Shown: positions 17,987 to 27,665, counted from the stretch's first letter. The stretch is DNA of 64,000 bases from a bacterium (GCA_003554945.1 PWHN01000044.1:27386-91385), one strand, 5' to 3'. Numbers and translations are program-made. Notes: generated from the sequence alone by a model not told the origin.

Positions 17987-18028
17987 GGCAGCGCTATCAG
18001 ACGGTTAACCCGTTCGATAGCGCTGCCT
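17987..18028. terminator. Hairpin between the convergent ferredoxin and rubrerythrin-like genes
   Basis: GGCAGCGCTATC...GATAGCGCTGCC 12-bp stem. Confidence 0.65.
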
Positions 18029-18039
18029 GTTTACAAGAC

Positions 18040-18531
18040 TTACTTAACCTGCTTTAGCTTTTTAGTCAAAGTAACCAGGTGGTCTTTCTCCTCTTCAATA
18101 ATTTTCTCAACTTTTTCTCGCCCGTATTCCGCCGGCACATTGTCAACAATCTCCCGGTAAAAAAGAATAGTATCCTTCTCCATCCGCACACCGGTCTTGA
18201 GTATGTCAGCGAGAGACTCTTCACCGGTCAACTGTTTGGTCGCAGCAGGATCACCCTCACCGCCGTGTGAATCGGCCATTGCCTGCAGAAAAAGGTCAAC
18301 CTCGCCGTCGGGATCAAAACCGGTTGCGCCGACTGCACTACCGCCAAGAGATTCACGCATAGCGGAAAAAGTCTTGACGTGGTCGTCCTCCATTTCGGCC
18401 AGTTTGACAAGAAAATCATACTCACCCGCCGCCTCGTTAAGTTCGGCGGCGCGACGGTAAAACTGGGCGGCGTTCTTCTCAATTTCTACGGCAAACTCAA
18501 AAATCTCATCTGCTTTAAAACTGATACCCAT
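18040..18531 (-). CDS. Rubrerythrin-like ferritin-family protein
   Basis: EFAVEIE..AAQFY, LAEMEDDH, MEKDTILFY, IIEEEKDH di-iron motifs. Confidence 0.9.
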   Translation of the reverse strand: MGISFKADEIFEFAVEIEKNAAQFYRRAAELNEAAGEYDFLVKLAEMEDDHVKTFSAMRESLGGSAVGATGFDPDGEVDLFLQAMADSHGGEGDPAATKQLTGEESLADILKTGVRMEKDTILFYREIVDNVPAEYGREKVEKIIEEEKDHLVTLTKKLKQVK

Positions 18532-18535
18532 GCTA

Positions 18536-19054
18536 TCAGTCCTCCTCACCGGGAATTTGAAACATTGGCGGTCGCGCGGCAAACTCACGATCCAACATCA
18601 TTAACCCGCGCGGATCGTCGCCTGCCATCTTTAACTGCTGCACAAGCTCGTCGGCTGAATCTTCCTCTTCTACCTGTTCTTCAACAAACCACTGAAGGAA
18701 CTGCCGGGTGGCATGATCGCCTACCTCCTCCGCCAGATCAACCAGCTCGTTGATAAGACTGGTTACTTTCTGTTCGTGTTCAAACGTGGTTTCAGCTACG
18801 TCCAGGGCAGAATCCCACTCAACCGGCGGCTTTTCTATCTCATCAAGAATTACTCGCCCGCCCCGCTCCTGGACATAATTTTGGATTTTCATCGCATGAA
18901 CCGCTTCTTCCTGGGCCTGGATCTGCATCCAGTGTGCAAAGCCGCTTAAATTTTCCTCTTCCAGATAAGCGGACATCGACAGGTAAAGGTAAGAAGAGTA
19001 AAGTTCGGCATTAATCTGTTCGTTCAACGCCTCTTCGACTTCAGTTTTAAGCAT
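18536..19054 (-). CDS. ftnA: Non-heme ferritin
   Basis: LNEQINAELYSSYLYLSM, QAQEEAVHA, FLQWFVEEQVEEE. Confidence 0.96.
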   Translation of the reverse strand: MLKTEVEEALNEQINAELYSSYLYLSMSAYLEEENLSGFAHWMQIQAQEEAVHAMKIQNYVQERGGRVILDEIEKPPVEWDSALDVAETTFEHEQKVTSLINELVDLAEEVGDHATRQFLQWFVEEQVEEEDSADELVQQLKMAGDDPRGLMMLDREFAARPPMFQIPGEED

Positions 19055-19057
19055 TCC

Positions 19058-19432
19058 TTACGACCTCCAGAGACCGTGGACGTTACAATGTTCACGGGCG
19101 CTTACTTCTTCAGCGTCTACTTCGAACTTAGCCACCGGCTCATCTCCCGGTTCCAGATACTGCTTACAGCTCTTGCCGTCAGCGGTTAACTCTATCCACT
19201 CGATGTAGTGAGCTTCTTCCATCGGGTGAATCGTGCTGCCTACTGTAACTTTGTAACCACCTTCAATCTCTTCTATTACGGGCACGTGTTTCTCCGTCGT
19301 ATAATCGGCCGTCTGTTCTTCCAGCAGCTCCATCGGCTGGCCGCAGCAGACAAGCTGTCCTTTGCCACCTCGCAGCACTTCGACAATATTGTCGCAGAGC
19401 TCACAGGCGTAAACTTCAGAGCGTTTCGCCAT
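19058..19432 (-). CDS. dfx: Desulfoferrodoxin (superoxide reductase)
   Basis: CELC...CCGQPM desulforedoxin domain; EKHVP, HPM...HYIEWI, CNVHGLW. Confidence 0.96.
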   Translation of the reverse strand: MAKRSEVYACELCDNIVEVLRGGKGQLVCCGQPMELLEEQTADYTTEKHVPVIEEIEGGYKVTVGSTIHPMEEAHYIEWIELTADGKSCKQYLEPGDEPVAKFEVDAEEVSAREHCNVHGLWRS

Positions 19433-19619
19433 AGTAAATCATCCTTTCTAAAAATTAGTTGCGTAAAAGTTTGATTGATTCTACGTTCATTTTACATTAC
19501 CCAAAAAAATTTACAAGCCCTAATTTACAAAAAATTGAACCTTCTAACAATTTTGGCTTTGCGGGCCTTGATTCGCAGTCCATTTTAACATCCTCGCCCG
19601 AAAATCTTTAAACTTCAAC

Positions 19620-19915
19620 ATGGATTCCGGGGCTCCGTTTCACTTCGTCCGGAATTACGACCTTGTGTGTTTGTCATTACGGCCCCGACCCTAATCTATC
19701 TTGATTGGTCTTTCATGGTTTTTGTTCTTGATCTTCGCTCTAGCTCTTGATTTCCCCGAACTTTCGCCTGTTCGCATGCTCGTCTGTTCGCCGACTCGAT
19801 GTTTACGCTGCCCCCGCCCCGAACTGGAATCCATCTTTACGGTCTACGATTTTCAACTTTCCAACTTTCCCACTTTCATACTTTCTCACTTTCCAACTTT
19901 CACACTTTATCACTC
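19620..19915. repeat. Repeat island: REP-like palindrome, short 6/8-mer runs and an ACTTTCNN octamer array
   Basis: ATGGATTCCGG...CCGGAATTACG at 19620-19660; octamer array at 19851-19915. Confidence 0.7.
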
Positions 19916-20056
19916 CCAAGGAGAGGATACAGGTGAGGGGGAAACTTGGTTTTGATTTTAGAACCTGAGGATGACTTTACCGCCCACAATCTCCTCCCCT
20001 AAAAAACGGTTTCGTGTATTGAATGTTAAACAGAAAAAAGATAAGTCCCCGGACGT

Positions 20057-20090
20057 GTGATATAGTTAAGCTATAGCTTAACTATATCAC
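20057..20090. promoter_or_regulatory. Perfect 34-bp palindrome (ATATAGTTAAG-N6-CTTAACTATAT core), site 1
   Basis: GTGATATAGTTAAGCTATAGCTTAACTATATCAC equals its own reverse complement; function inferred only. Confidence 0.6.
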
Positions 20091-20189
20091 TCACTGAAGG
20101 GCTTTTTTGTCTCATAATATATAACTTTATTTTAAAAAACATCATAAACAAAGGATTTTTTGATTGCAGGCAAACATTTTATAATGATA

Positions 20190-20219
20190 AATATAGTTAA
20201 GTTAAAACTTAACTATATT
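20190..20219. promoter_or_regulatory. Palindrome with the same 11-bp arms, site 2
   Basis: AATATAGTTAAGTT-AA-AACTTAACTATATT; function inferred only. Confidence 0.6.
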
Positions 20220-20342
20220 AGATTTTTCTGGAACGTTATTGCTGGAGTGAGCTGGTCATTTTTTTGTTTGCTTGACTCTTTTTCCATACGGACGTAAACT
20301 ACTCTTTACATAAAATAATTCTGGAGAAAAGTTGGATTAGTT

Positions 20343-21209
20343 ATGGACAAACAGAAAAAGATCATGTGGCCGTTATATTTTTTAACCGCAATGAGCCTGA
20401 CCCTGGCCCTGTTGAAACTCTGGGCCGGTTATGTTTCGGGCTCATCTTCGCTGCGCTCGATGGGTTTAAACAACACGGCTGACTTCTTCTACAGCATAAT
20501 TCTTGTGCTGGGGATGTGGGTCAGCCTGCAGCCGGCCGATGAAAACCACCCCGAGGGCCATTACCGCTACGAGTCACTGGTCGGCGTTGGCGTCGGTCTT
20601 CTTATCCTGCTCAGCGGCATGCTTGCCCTTTACGACGCTTATCTTGCGATCATTGGGGAGCGCCTTATCCGATTGACAGCACTTCCACTGGTAATTCTCG
20701 GAGGTTCTATTGCTATTAAAATTGCCTTTTCATGGTATCTGAAGCAATTAGGAGAAACGGCCAACTCGCCGGCCCTGGTCGCAATCAGTCGTGACCAGCT
20801 TGGTGATATACTGGCCGACGGCTCGGTTATCTTTGCGCTGATCAGCGCCCGCTACCTCTGGCCGGTCCTCGACCCGATAATCGCCTCACTGATCGGAATA
20901 TTTATCCTGAAAATTGGCTACGACGCCCTGCGCGAGAATATCGGGCACCTGACTGGCGAATCAGCCTCATATCGACTGCAGCAAAAAGCGCGTGAAATTG
21001 TCGCGCGCGAGACTGAATTTGACGGTCCTTACCACCTGCGTGCCCACCACGTCGGACCAAAAGTTTTTCTCTCCTTTGTGCTCCGAGCCGACGGCAACCG
21101 CACGTTGAGCAAGCTACACGCTGAAGAGGAAAAAATTCGCGATAAGTTATTAAATCTCGATCTGATAGAGCGGGTCTACATCCACCTGGAGCCAAAGAAA
21201 AAGCAATGA
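20343..21209 (+). CDS. Cation diffusion facilitator (CDF) metal exporter
   Basis: Six TM helices, PADENHPEGH.RYESL loop, C-terminal dimerisation domain ending IHLEP. Confidence 0.93.
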   Translation: MDKQKKIMWPLYFLTAMSLTLALLKLWAGYVSGSSSLRSMGLNNTADFFYSIILVLGMWVSLQPADENHPEGHYRYESLVGVGVGLLILLSGMLALYDAYLAIIGERLIRLTALPLVILGGSIAIKIAFSWYLKQLGETANSPALVAISRDQLGDILADGSVIFALISARYLWPVLDPIIASLIGIFILKIGYDALRENIGHLTGESASYRLQQKAREIVARETEFDGPYHLRAHHVGPKVFLSFVLRADGNRTLSKLHAEEEKIRDKLLNLDLIERVYIHLEPKKKQ

Positions 21210-21227
21210 CCAGAACATACCGACCCC

Positions 21228-21331
21228 CGTCATTGCCGGGCTTGACCCGGCAATCCATTTTCATGAGACCATAGATTCCAGATCTGCCCGGAGCACTCAA
21301 CGCTTTGAGTGCTCGGTTGTCCGGAATGACG
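21228..21331. repeat. Pair of REP-like palindromes
   Basis: CGTCATTGCCGGGCTTGACCCGGCAATCCAT and an inverted ATAGATTCC...CCGGAATGACG copy with an internal hairpin. Confidence 0.75.
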
Positions 21332-21423
21332 TCGGAAGGCTCTGAGCAATGACAAATAGTTCTTGTGGCTCTGATTTAAACCGGGTAAAATATTTTTAAT
21401 ATAAATTTTGGGGGCGATTACAA

Positions 21424-22926
21424 GTGAAAATCAGCCGCTGTTTTTTCGCTGTTAGCCTGACATTGCTGGCGGGCCTAACTCTTGTTTTGTCACCTTATCT
21501 TAACGCCCGGGAGAGAGCTATTGATGGGCGGCTGCAGGAGCGAAGAGATTTCAGGCAGCGACGTGAAGAAGAGTTCGCGCAATTTGTAGAGGAACGCTGG
21601 CAGGCGCTGGAAGAGTTCAGACAGGCGCGCACCTTTGAAGAAGATAAGCTGAAAGAGCCCCCAGAATATGAACCGGTCGAAGAAGAGCCTCTTGAACTGG
21701 AAAGAATTGAACGTCGCGAAGTAAGTAGGCCAACAAGAGAAGAGACCGAACCGCAAGTCGACGCTCCGCCACCGGATAAGCCAACCCCAGAAGCCCCCCC
21801 TGACCCCTCGCCTCCAGAAGCAGAGGTAGACCCGAGAAAAGTTTTGGAATGGTATGGTGTTCAGGTAGAAATTCCGACTTTAACCAGCCCACTGCCTGAA
21901 GTCGCGCCAACCGAGCCCGACGAGTCGATCGCGGCCGAATACCTGCAGGATTTTGAGGCTGAATCACCTGACTCTCTGATCGATGCAGTCGAGAACAATA
22001 GTTCAGAGCTTGACCTGCGCGGCTGGCACGAACTTTACTTTACCTATTCACTCGCCGACAGGCTAGTCGACACGACCCGTGAAAAACGACTTTTGACCTG
22101 GGCAGTAGCACAACAGCGCGGTCTTGACGTTAGACTGGCAATGGATGATAATGACTTTTATTTAATTTACCACTCGCCCCGCAGCTTACCGGGGACCAGT
22201 TACTACAGTCTCAACGGCCGAGAGTATTACCTGTTTTTACCCGATGAACAGGGGGAGCCGGAGGGAGGCGTAAGAACTTACGCAACTGACAACCCGGACG
22301 TCGAACAGGCTACAACCCCCTATGTTGACCGCCTGCCTAATTTGCCCTGGCAGGAGGAAAAACGGGCAATTGAATTTGAGTTTGAAGGAGAAAACTACAA
22401 TTTCATTCTCAACTACAACGACAACCTGGCCCAATACTTTCAATCGGTTCCCCAGGTTGAACCCCAGTATTATTTCAAATCGCTAACACCGGTGGGCATT
22501 GACGAGAACTTATTAGCAGAAATTGAGCCGATAATTGAAGAGATGTCCACCTGGACGGCCCTCGATTTTCTCTTGCGGCTGACCCAGAGAGGTTTTGTAT
22601 ACAAAACCGACGTAGAACAGTTCGGCCACCAGTGGTTTATGATCCCTGCCGATACAATCAATCATCCTTATTCCGACTGTGACGACCGGGCAATTTTCTA
22701 CGCCTGGCTGGTAAGGGAACTGCTGGGACTTGAGGTGGCCGGGGCCCTCTGGCCCGGTCACCTGTCGACAGCAGTCGAATTCCCGGACAGAAATATTATT
22801 GACGGAACTTATGTTATGATTGATGATACGCCTTATGTGCTCAACGACCCCACTTACATCGGTGCCGGTCCGGGCCGGGTAATGAAACAATTCCAGGGTC
22901 AGACGCCAGAGATACTTTTGCCTTAA
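21424..22926 (+). CDS. Secreted protein with Pro/Glu-rich linker and C-terminal transglutaminase-like (Cys-His-Asp) domain
   Basis: Signal peptide; SDCDDRAI, PGHLSTAV, NDPT triad pattern. Confidence 0.65.
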   Translation: MKISRCFFAVSLTLLAGLTLVLSPYLNARERAIDGRLQERRDFRQRREEEFAQFVEERWQALEEFRQARTFEEDKLKEPPEYEPVEEEPLELERIERREVSRPTREETEPQVDAPPPDKPTPEAPPDPSPPEAEVDPRKVLEWYGVQVEIPTLTSPLPEVAPTEPDESIAAEYLQDFEAESPDSLIDAVENNSSELDLRGWHELYFTYSLADRLVDTTREKRLLTWAVAQQRGLDVRLAMDDNDFYLIYHSPRSLPGTSYYSLNGREYYLFLPDEQGEPEGGVRTYATDNPDVEQATTPYVDRLPNLPWQEEKRAIEFEFEGENYNFILNYNDNLAQYFQSVPQVEPQYYFKSLTPVGIDENLLAEIEPIIEEMSTWTALDFLLRLTQRGFVYKTDVEQFGHQWFMIPADTINHPYSDCDDRAIFYAWLVRELLGLEVAGALWPGHLSTAVEFPDRNIIDGTYVMIDDTPYVLNDPTYIGAGPGRVMKQFQGQTPEILLP

Positions 22927-22949
22927 AATTTTACAAAGGGAGGAAAATC

Positions 22950-23105
22950 ATGAAGAAAGCAGTAGTTTTACTTTTCGCAGTGATAATCACATTCGGACTC
23001 GTGGGCTGTGCAGCCCGTGAATATCCAGAAGAAGAGGGGATTGACCGGGAGGAAACGGAGAGATCACGCGAGGACGCCCGTGAACAGCACAGACGTCACC
23101 ATTAA
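22950..23105 (+). CDS. Small lipoprotein (51 aa)
   Basis: GGGAGG RBS, MKKAVVLLFAVIITFG-LVGC lipobox, charged tail; below the ORF-track cutoff. Confidence 0.8.
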   Translation: MKKAVVLLFAVIITFGLVGCAAREYPEEEGIDREETERSREDAREQHRRHH

Positions 23106-23133
23106 ATTACTCGCCTGTTAAACAGATGAACTA

Positions 23134-23174
23134 CAAAAAAAGCAGGAGGCCCGCACCCGGAGCCTCCTGCTTTT
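23134..23174. terminator. Bidirectional intrinsic terminator
   Basis: A-run, GCAGGAGGC...GCCTCCTGC stem, T-run, between convergent genes. Confidence 0.8.
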
Positions 23175-23184
23175 ACTACTTGTT

Positions 23185-23817
23185 TTAGAGCCGCCAGCTT
23201 AAGCCGAAAGTATACAAGATTGTGTAGTAATCGTCGTTATAGTTACCATAATTAAAATCCTCACGGGGGATGGTGCCCTGGACCTCAAAATTACCGTTTA
23301 AACGCTCGGCAAATGCATAGTTCAAACCGAGACCAAACCCGAGCGCTGTTGTGCTTACTTCCTCACTGTCTTCAGAATCTACCCCATGGTGGCCTTCAAA
23401 ATCCCAATCAACCGTGTAATGAACCAACCCGAGCAGCGCGTAGGTGGAGAAATTCTCGGGCAATTCGCGGTCCCAGACGCGACCGAAGTTATAGCGGCCG
23501 TAAACTGCCACCATAGGACCAATATCAGCTTCAATAGCCCTCTGATCATCGTCACCAAAAAGACCAAGATGCCCCTCGATGGCAATATCATTGGAAAGGT
23601 TATAACCGGCTTTCAGGCGGGTTCCAAATGCACGAAAACCAGTCGCATCTTCATCTGCGTCGTCGAAACGGAGGTCCATGTTCCCAACCCCGACGTCAAA
23701 ATAGAGAGGACTCTCAGCGATCACACCGCTACGAATCATCTGCGCCTCGGCCGGCAAAAAGAAACCTACTACCAGCAGCAAACTTAAAACTGCAGTTACA
23801 TAAAATCGATATTTCAT
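23185..23817 (-). CDS. Outer-membrane beta-barrel protein (OmpA-like/porin family)
   Basis: AGGAGG RBS, signal peptide ending AEA, amphipathic strands, FGLGLNYAF, C-terminal FGLSWRL. Confidence 0.8.
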   Translation of the reverse strand: MKYRFYVTAVLSLLLVVGFFLPAEAQMIRSGVIAESPLYFDVGVGNMDLRFDDADEDATGFRAFGTRLKAGYNLSNDIAIEGHLGLFGDDDQRAIEADIGPMVAVYGRYNFGRVWDRELPENFSTYALLGLVHYTVDWDFEGHHGVDSEDSEEVSTTALGFGLGLNYAFAERLNGNFEVQGTIPREDFNYGNYNDDYYTILYTFGLSWRL

Positions 23818-23921
23818 CTCATTTCCTCCTAAAAGAATAGAGTAAAGCATATCAACCGCAAAATTATCTCTGTTTAAACAGAACAACTTTATTTCAAGTT
23901 GTCCGTGAAAAAATCGTTAAA

Positions 23922-24914
23922 TCAATGAAGAAAATCTAACAAATCCTCGTCGAAGCGGCGTTCGAACTTAACGCGGACTTCATCGCCAAACTTAAGCTGG
24001 TTGGCAACATCAGCGTCAGGAACGCGAACCCAGCTATAGGTGGGACCAAACTGGTTGGTGATGAAACCCTCACCAATTGTATTGATCTCCAGAAATGTCT
24101 GACCGGACAGGCGGTCCTCATACTCGCTAGTCCGCATAAACTCTACTTTCCAGCCTTCCTGGATGTTTTGTCGATCACCGATGTTCACCATAAAAATGTA
24201 ATCGTCGTCCATCTGGCGCCCCTCAACAACGTAACCGCGGGGAGCAAAAGCGTTCTGCAGGTCAACCCGTCCCAGGTCAACAGCTATGTCGGTAATATCA
24301 CCAAAAACCCGGCTGCCACCACGGGCAGTAACGTCACAACGGGACCAGTAGTCACTGGACAGTGCTTCATCACCGGAAGCACTGAGGTTGACAGTGGTCA
24401 CCCGTTCCATCTCCGGCAGGGAGTAGATGTCAAGCTCGAACTCCACCGTAGCGTCGTATTTACAGTGAGCCTGGGCGAAACCTTCGCGAACAATTTCGGT
24501 CGAGGCATCGGCCCGGATTATCCTTCCCCGAACAGCATAATCTGCAACGTCCGGCCCTGCGTAGCGGCCGGCATCACGGTCCTGCGCCAGACGTATCTCC
24601 TCGGCCAGTTCCTGGGCAGCCTCTCTATCTATGCGTTCAACCCCGACAGTTTCAAACCAGTCGGCAATCGAACTCTCAACTATACGATCGAGGTTCTGTT
24701 CCGCCGCCAGATCGTCCCCCCCCAGGTCAATCTCCTGAATTAGAACACGCGTTGCACCATATTCAATTTCTTCAGGTGCCGGTGCCATCTCAGCCTCCGA
24801 CAGGTTCATCTCCTGGTACTGATTGGGATCCTCCAGCCGTGTGGAAACCGCTCCAAAACAACCGGCCAGAACCAGACCCAGAACAAGATAAAAAATTAAC
24901 AAAGATCGTCGCAT
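23922..24914 (-). CDS. Lipoprotein with CsgG/FlgT-like domains
   Basis: LAGC lipobox; ERIDR...LAEE, ADYAVRGRI pattern; C-terminal VNIG...IQEG beta domain. Confidence 0.6.
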   Translation of the reverse strand: MRRSLLIFYLVLGLVLAGCFGAVSTRLEDPNQYQEMNLSEAEMAPAPEEIEYGATRVLIQEIDLGGDDLAAEQNLDRIVESSIADWFETVGVERIDREAAQELAEEIRLAQDRDAGRYAGPDVADYAVRGRIIRADASTEIVREGFAQAHCKYDATVEFELDIYSLPEMERVTTVNLSASGDEALSSDYWSRCDVTARGGSRVFGDITDIAVDLGRVDLQNAFAPRGYVVEGRQMDDDYIFMVNIGDRQNIQEGWKVEFMRTSEYEDRLSGQTFLEINTIGEGFITNQFGPTYSWVRVPDADVANQLKFGDEVRVKFERRFDEDLLDFLH

Positions 24915-24944
24915 AACTGTCCCTCCTTAATGTGGTTAAATTTA

Positions 24945-25961
24945 TTAATCAATTCCGAGCAGCTTTTCAAAACCCTGCTGTTCTATCTCGGCAATTACGT
25001 CGTTAAAGGCAATCCCCCGCGCATCATCAAAGTCGGTCATTGAACTGCCCCGTTTTTCGTATGTCTGCGAGGAGAGCAGCCTACCGTGGCGACTGCGCAC
25101 TTCCAGTCGCACGTTAACTGTAACTTCTTTACTGCCGAAAAATTCGTCTTCATCAGTGGTTGCCGTAATAATTATCCGGGCCCAGTCTTCATATTGCTCT
25201 GCTGGTTCTGGTTCACCATCAAACTGAACGGAGTCAACCGCTTCTGAAGCAAGCTCCTCCTCAATATGATTGGCCACCGGCGCCGTTTCATCGTCACGAA
25301 TAATCACCACTTGAACCTTTCCACGAACCTTGTCGTAGTTGGCTTTTAAGTCCCGATATTTATCCCGGCGTTCGTCGTAGTTAATGTCAGCGCCAAGTAT
25401 ACGCAGCACCTGTAAATAAACCTCCGCCTGCTCTATTTTTGAGAGCGAGGCGTTCATCCGATAAAAATCAACCAGCGGACTGGGTGTGATTTTAAAATCG
25501 TCTTCTATTTCCTTTTCGAGCCGGTCCAGACGGTCGATCACGCTCTCAGAATATGCCGGCTTGTCCAGCCGGACTTCAACGTAATAGTTATCTTCATCCA
25601 TAGATTCGGAGCGATTTATCTCGTAATTATCCAACTCAAGATCACGAACTCGTGCTTCAATTTGCTGCCGGTATTCAGTTCCTACCTGGTCTCCTACTTC
25701 AGAGAAGACAAGCTCCTCCTGGGAACCAACTTCAGTTGAAAACCGGCCGGCAAGATTGCTTAGAGCGTTTGAGCGGGCCTGCTCCCGGTTTTGACCGCTG
25801 CCAATCACATACATGTGGCGTTCGGAATCCGAACGGGGGTTCTGCACCCACTGCGGTATAGAGGCGTATAATACCGTACAGGCGGCAAGAAAAAATACCG
25901 TCGTCAAGAAAAAAACAGATCCTGCCTGAGAAGCAGCATCTTCTGATTTTATAACTCTCAT
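24945..25961 (-). CDS. LPP20-family domain protein
   Basis: IPQWVQNP...YVIGSG...EQARSNALSNLA pattern. Confidence 0.7.
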   Translation of the reverse strand: MRVIKSEDAASQAGSVFFLTTVFFLAACTVLYASIPQWVQNPRSDSERHMYVIGSGQNREQARSNALSNLAGRFSTEVGSQEELVFSEVGDQVGTEYRQQIEARVRDLELDNYEINRSESMDEDNYYVEVRLDKPAYSESVIDRLDRLEKEIEDDFKITPSPLVDFYRMNASLSKIEQAEVYLQVLRILGADINYDERRDKYRDLKANYDKVRGKVQVVIIRDDETAPVANHIEEELASEAVDSVQFDGEPEPAEQYEDWARIIITATTDEDEFFGSKEVTVNVRLEVRSRHGRLLSSQTYEKRGSSMTDFDDARGIAFNDVIAEIEQQGFEKLLGID

Positions 25962-26004
25962 AAAAAATTACACCCCGGATCAATAATTATGGGCTGAATT
26001 TTTG

Positions 26005-26048
26005 AAAAAAATAGTCCCGGTTTGCCCGCTCACAGCTGGCAAACCGGG
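26005..26048 (-). terminator. Intrinsic terminator after the LPP20 lipoprotein gene
   Basis: CCCGGTTTGCC...GGCAAACCGGG stem followed by a T-run on the minus strand. Confidence 0.7.
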
Positions 26049-26077
26049 TCAATCACGATTGCTTTGAATGTTAAGTT

Positions 26078-26656
26078 TTACTGCCCCTCGGGTTCAGCCA
26101 CGGAATCCCGTCCATCTATGGACTCATCCATTCGCTGGCGCGCCTGTTCACGGGAAAATTCAGTTTCAAGGCGTTCCATCTCATCAAACTGCTGACTTAC
26201 CTGATCAAGATCAACGCTGACCATTACCCAGGCATCAAAAACACCATCAACCTGGTCAACAGCCCGTTCTTCCTCACGAACGCCATGCAGTTCCTCGTCT
26301 ATCACACGCTCGGTCAACTGTTCAAAAGAAGATAAAATTTCAGCATCGGCTGCTTCGCCCATTTCCTGGACATAATCCTCCTGCCAGCTCTGAATGGACT
26401 GCCCCAACTGCTGCGCAATCTGGTTAGTGGCTCGAAGTTCTGCTCGCTGGATAGCGGTCTGTAGATTTCGGGACTGAGCGTTGGCAATTCCGTATAATTT
26501 GCCTTCCTCGGTCGGGGGACTCTGGGCCCAACTGGGACCAAAATCCATACCCCACTCGCCATCATCTTCTTCTACTTCAGGCTCCTGGGCACCAAAACAG
26601 CCGGCCAAACTAAATGCAAACAAAACAGTCATGACAACAATCAAACTCTTCTTCAT
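26078..26656 (-). CDS. LPP20-family lipoprotein
   Basis: LAGC lipobox; PSWA...LYGIANA...AIQRAELRA..QIAQQL. Confidence 0.75.
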   Translation of the reverse strand: MKKSLIVVMTVLFAFSLAGCFGAQEPEVEEDDGEWGMDFGPSWAQSPPTEEGKLYGIANAQSRNLQTAIQRAELRATNQIAQQLGQSIQSWQEDYVQEMGEAADAEILSSFEQLTERVIDEELHGVREEERAVDQVDGVFDAWVMVSVDLDQVSQQFDEMERLETEFSREQARQRMDESIDGRDSVAEPEGQ

Positions 26657-26702
26657 AACTACTCAACCTCCTAAAAAATAATTGAATTGTTCTTCTCAAA
26701 AT

Positions 26703-27665
26703 TTATCTTCTCATCCTCTCCTCACGATCACGGCGGAACTCCTCAAATCTTTCTTCACGTTCCGCGATAAAATCATCCAGCGCCTGTTTACGCTGCTGGA
26801 TGAAATCTTCCCGTTTTTCTTCCAGTTCATAACGGTAGTCTATGTATTGTTCCCGGAACTGCTCGTATCTTTCTTCACGATCGGCAAGCTGACTCTGCAG
26901 CCGCTCTTTCTGCTGCCGTAGTTGCTGCAGCTCACGCTCAAGCGGGGCCGGATCAAACTCGGGCGGCAACGGTTCCTCAACTGATTTTTCCAGCCTATCA
27001 ATTTCAGTCTTTAATTCCACCAGCTCCGCCTGCAACTGTTCAACCCCACGATTCTCCCTCCAGTGCTGCCATGTAAGCTCAAGCTCCTGCCGCGGCTCGT
27101 CCAAACGGGAAACAACTGTCTCGTCAGTCTCCGGGTCAAATCTAACCTCGCCCCCCTCGCCGGCTACCAGGCGTTCTCCGGGGGAGGCGGAAACTTCCAC
27201 CGCTCCACTCTCGACTGCCGTCCAGCTCTCCTGTTCCAGCTCATAAGCAACCTGGAATTCCGTCCCCCGCACACCAATGACGGCGTTCGGAGTCCGCAGT
27301 TCAAACTCTCTTCCCAGAGCTTCCGTATCAATTCGGGCCGAGACCGAGCCATAGTTAAGTTTTATAGGTTCTCCAGGTTTGGGCAGGTTAACGCCGGAAG
27401 TTTCATTTAACTGCAGGGTGGATTTATCCTCTTCAAGTTCTAATTCAAGGTAGGAATCAATTTCAGTTTTCACCTGCGAGTCGCGGGGGATAGACTCGCC
27501 TTCTCCCAGGGTTCTCCACTCGGTTTCATCGGCCGGACGCGTTTCTGCCTCACCCCTGAGATATGACAGGTGCATTTCAGCCCAGACAAAAGAAGGAACT
27601 GCAGTTGCCAGTAGAAATACGCTCAACATAAAAAAAGTTGGTTTCCTGTGCCCGGGCTTGAACAT
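26703..27665 (-). CDS. FecR-domain secreted protein with coiled-coil C-terminus
   Basis: Signal peptide; FELRTPNAVIGVRGTEF FecR signature; long E/R/Q-rich helix. Confidence 0.85.
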   Translation of the reverse strand: MFKPGHRKPTFFMLSVFLLATAVPSFVWAEMHLSYLRGEAETRPADETEWRTLGEGESIPRDSQVKTEIDSYLELELEEDKSTLQLNETSGVNLPKPGEPIKLNYGSVSARIDTEALGREFELRTPNAVIGVRGTEFQVAYELEQESWTAVESGAVEVSASPGERLVAGEGGEVRFDPETDETVVSRLDEPRQELELTWQHWRENRGVEQLQAELVELKTEIDRLEKSVEEPLPPEFDPAPLERELQQLRQQKERLQSQLADREERYEQFREQYIDYRYELEEKREDFIQQRKQALDDFIAEREERFEEFRRDREERMRR

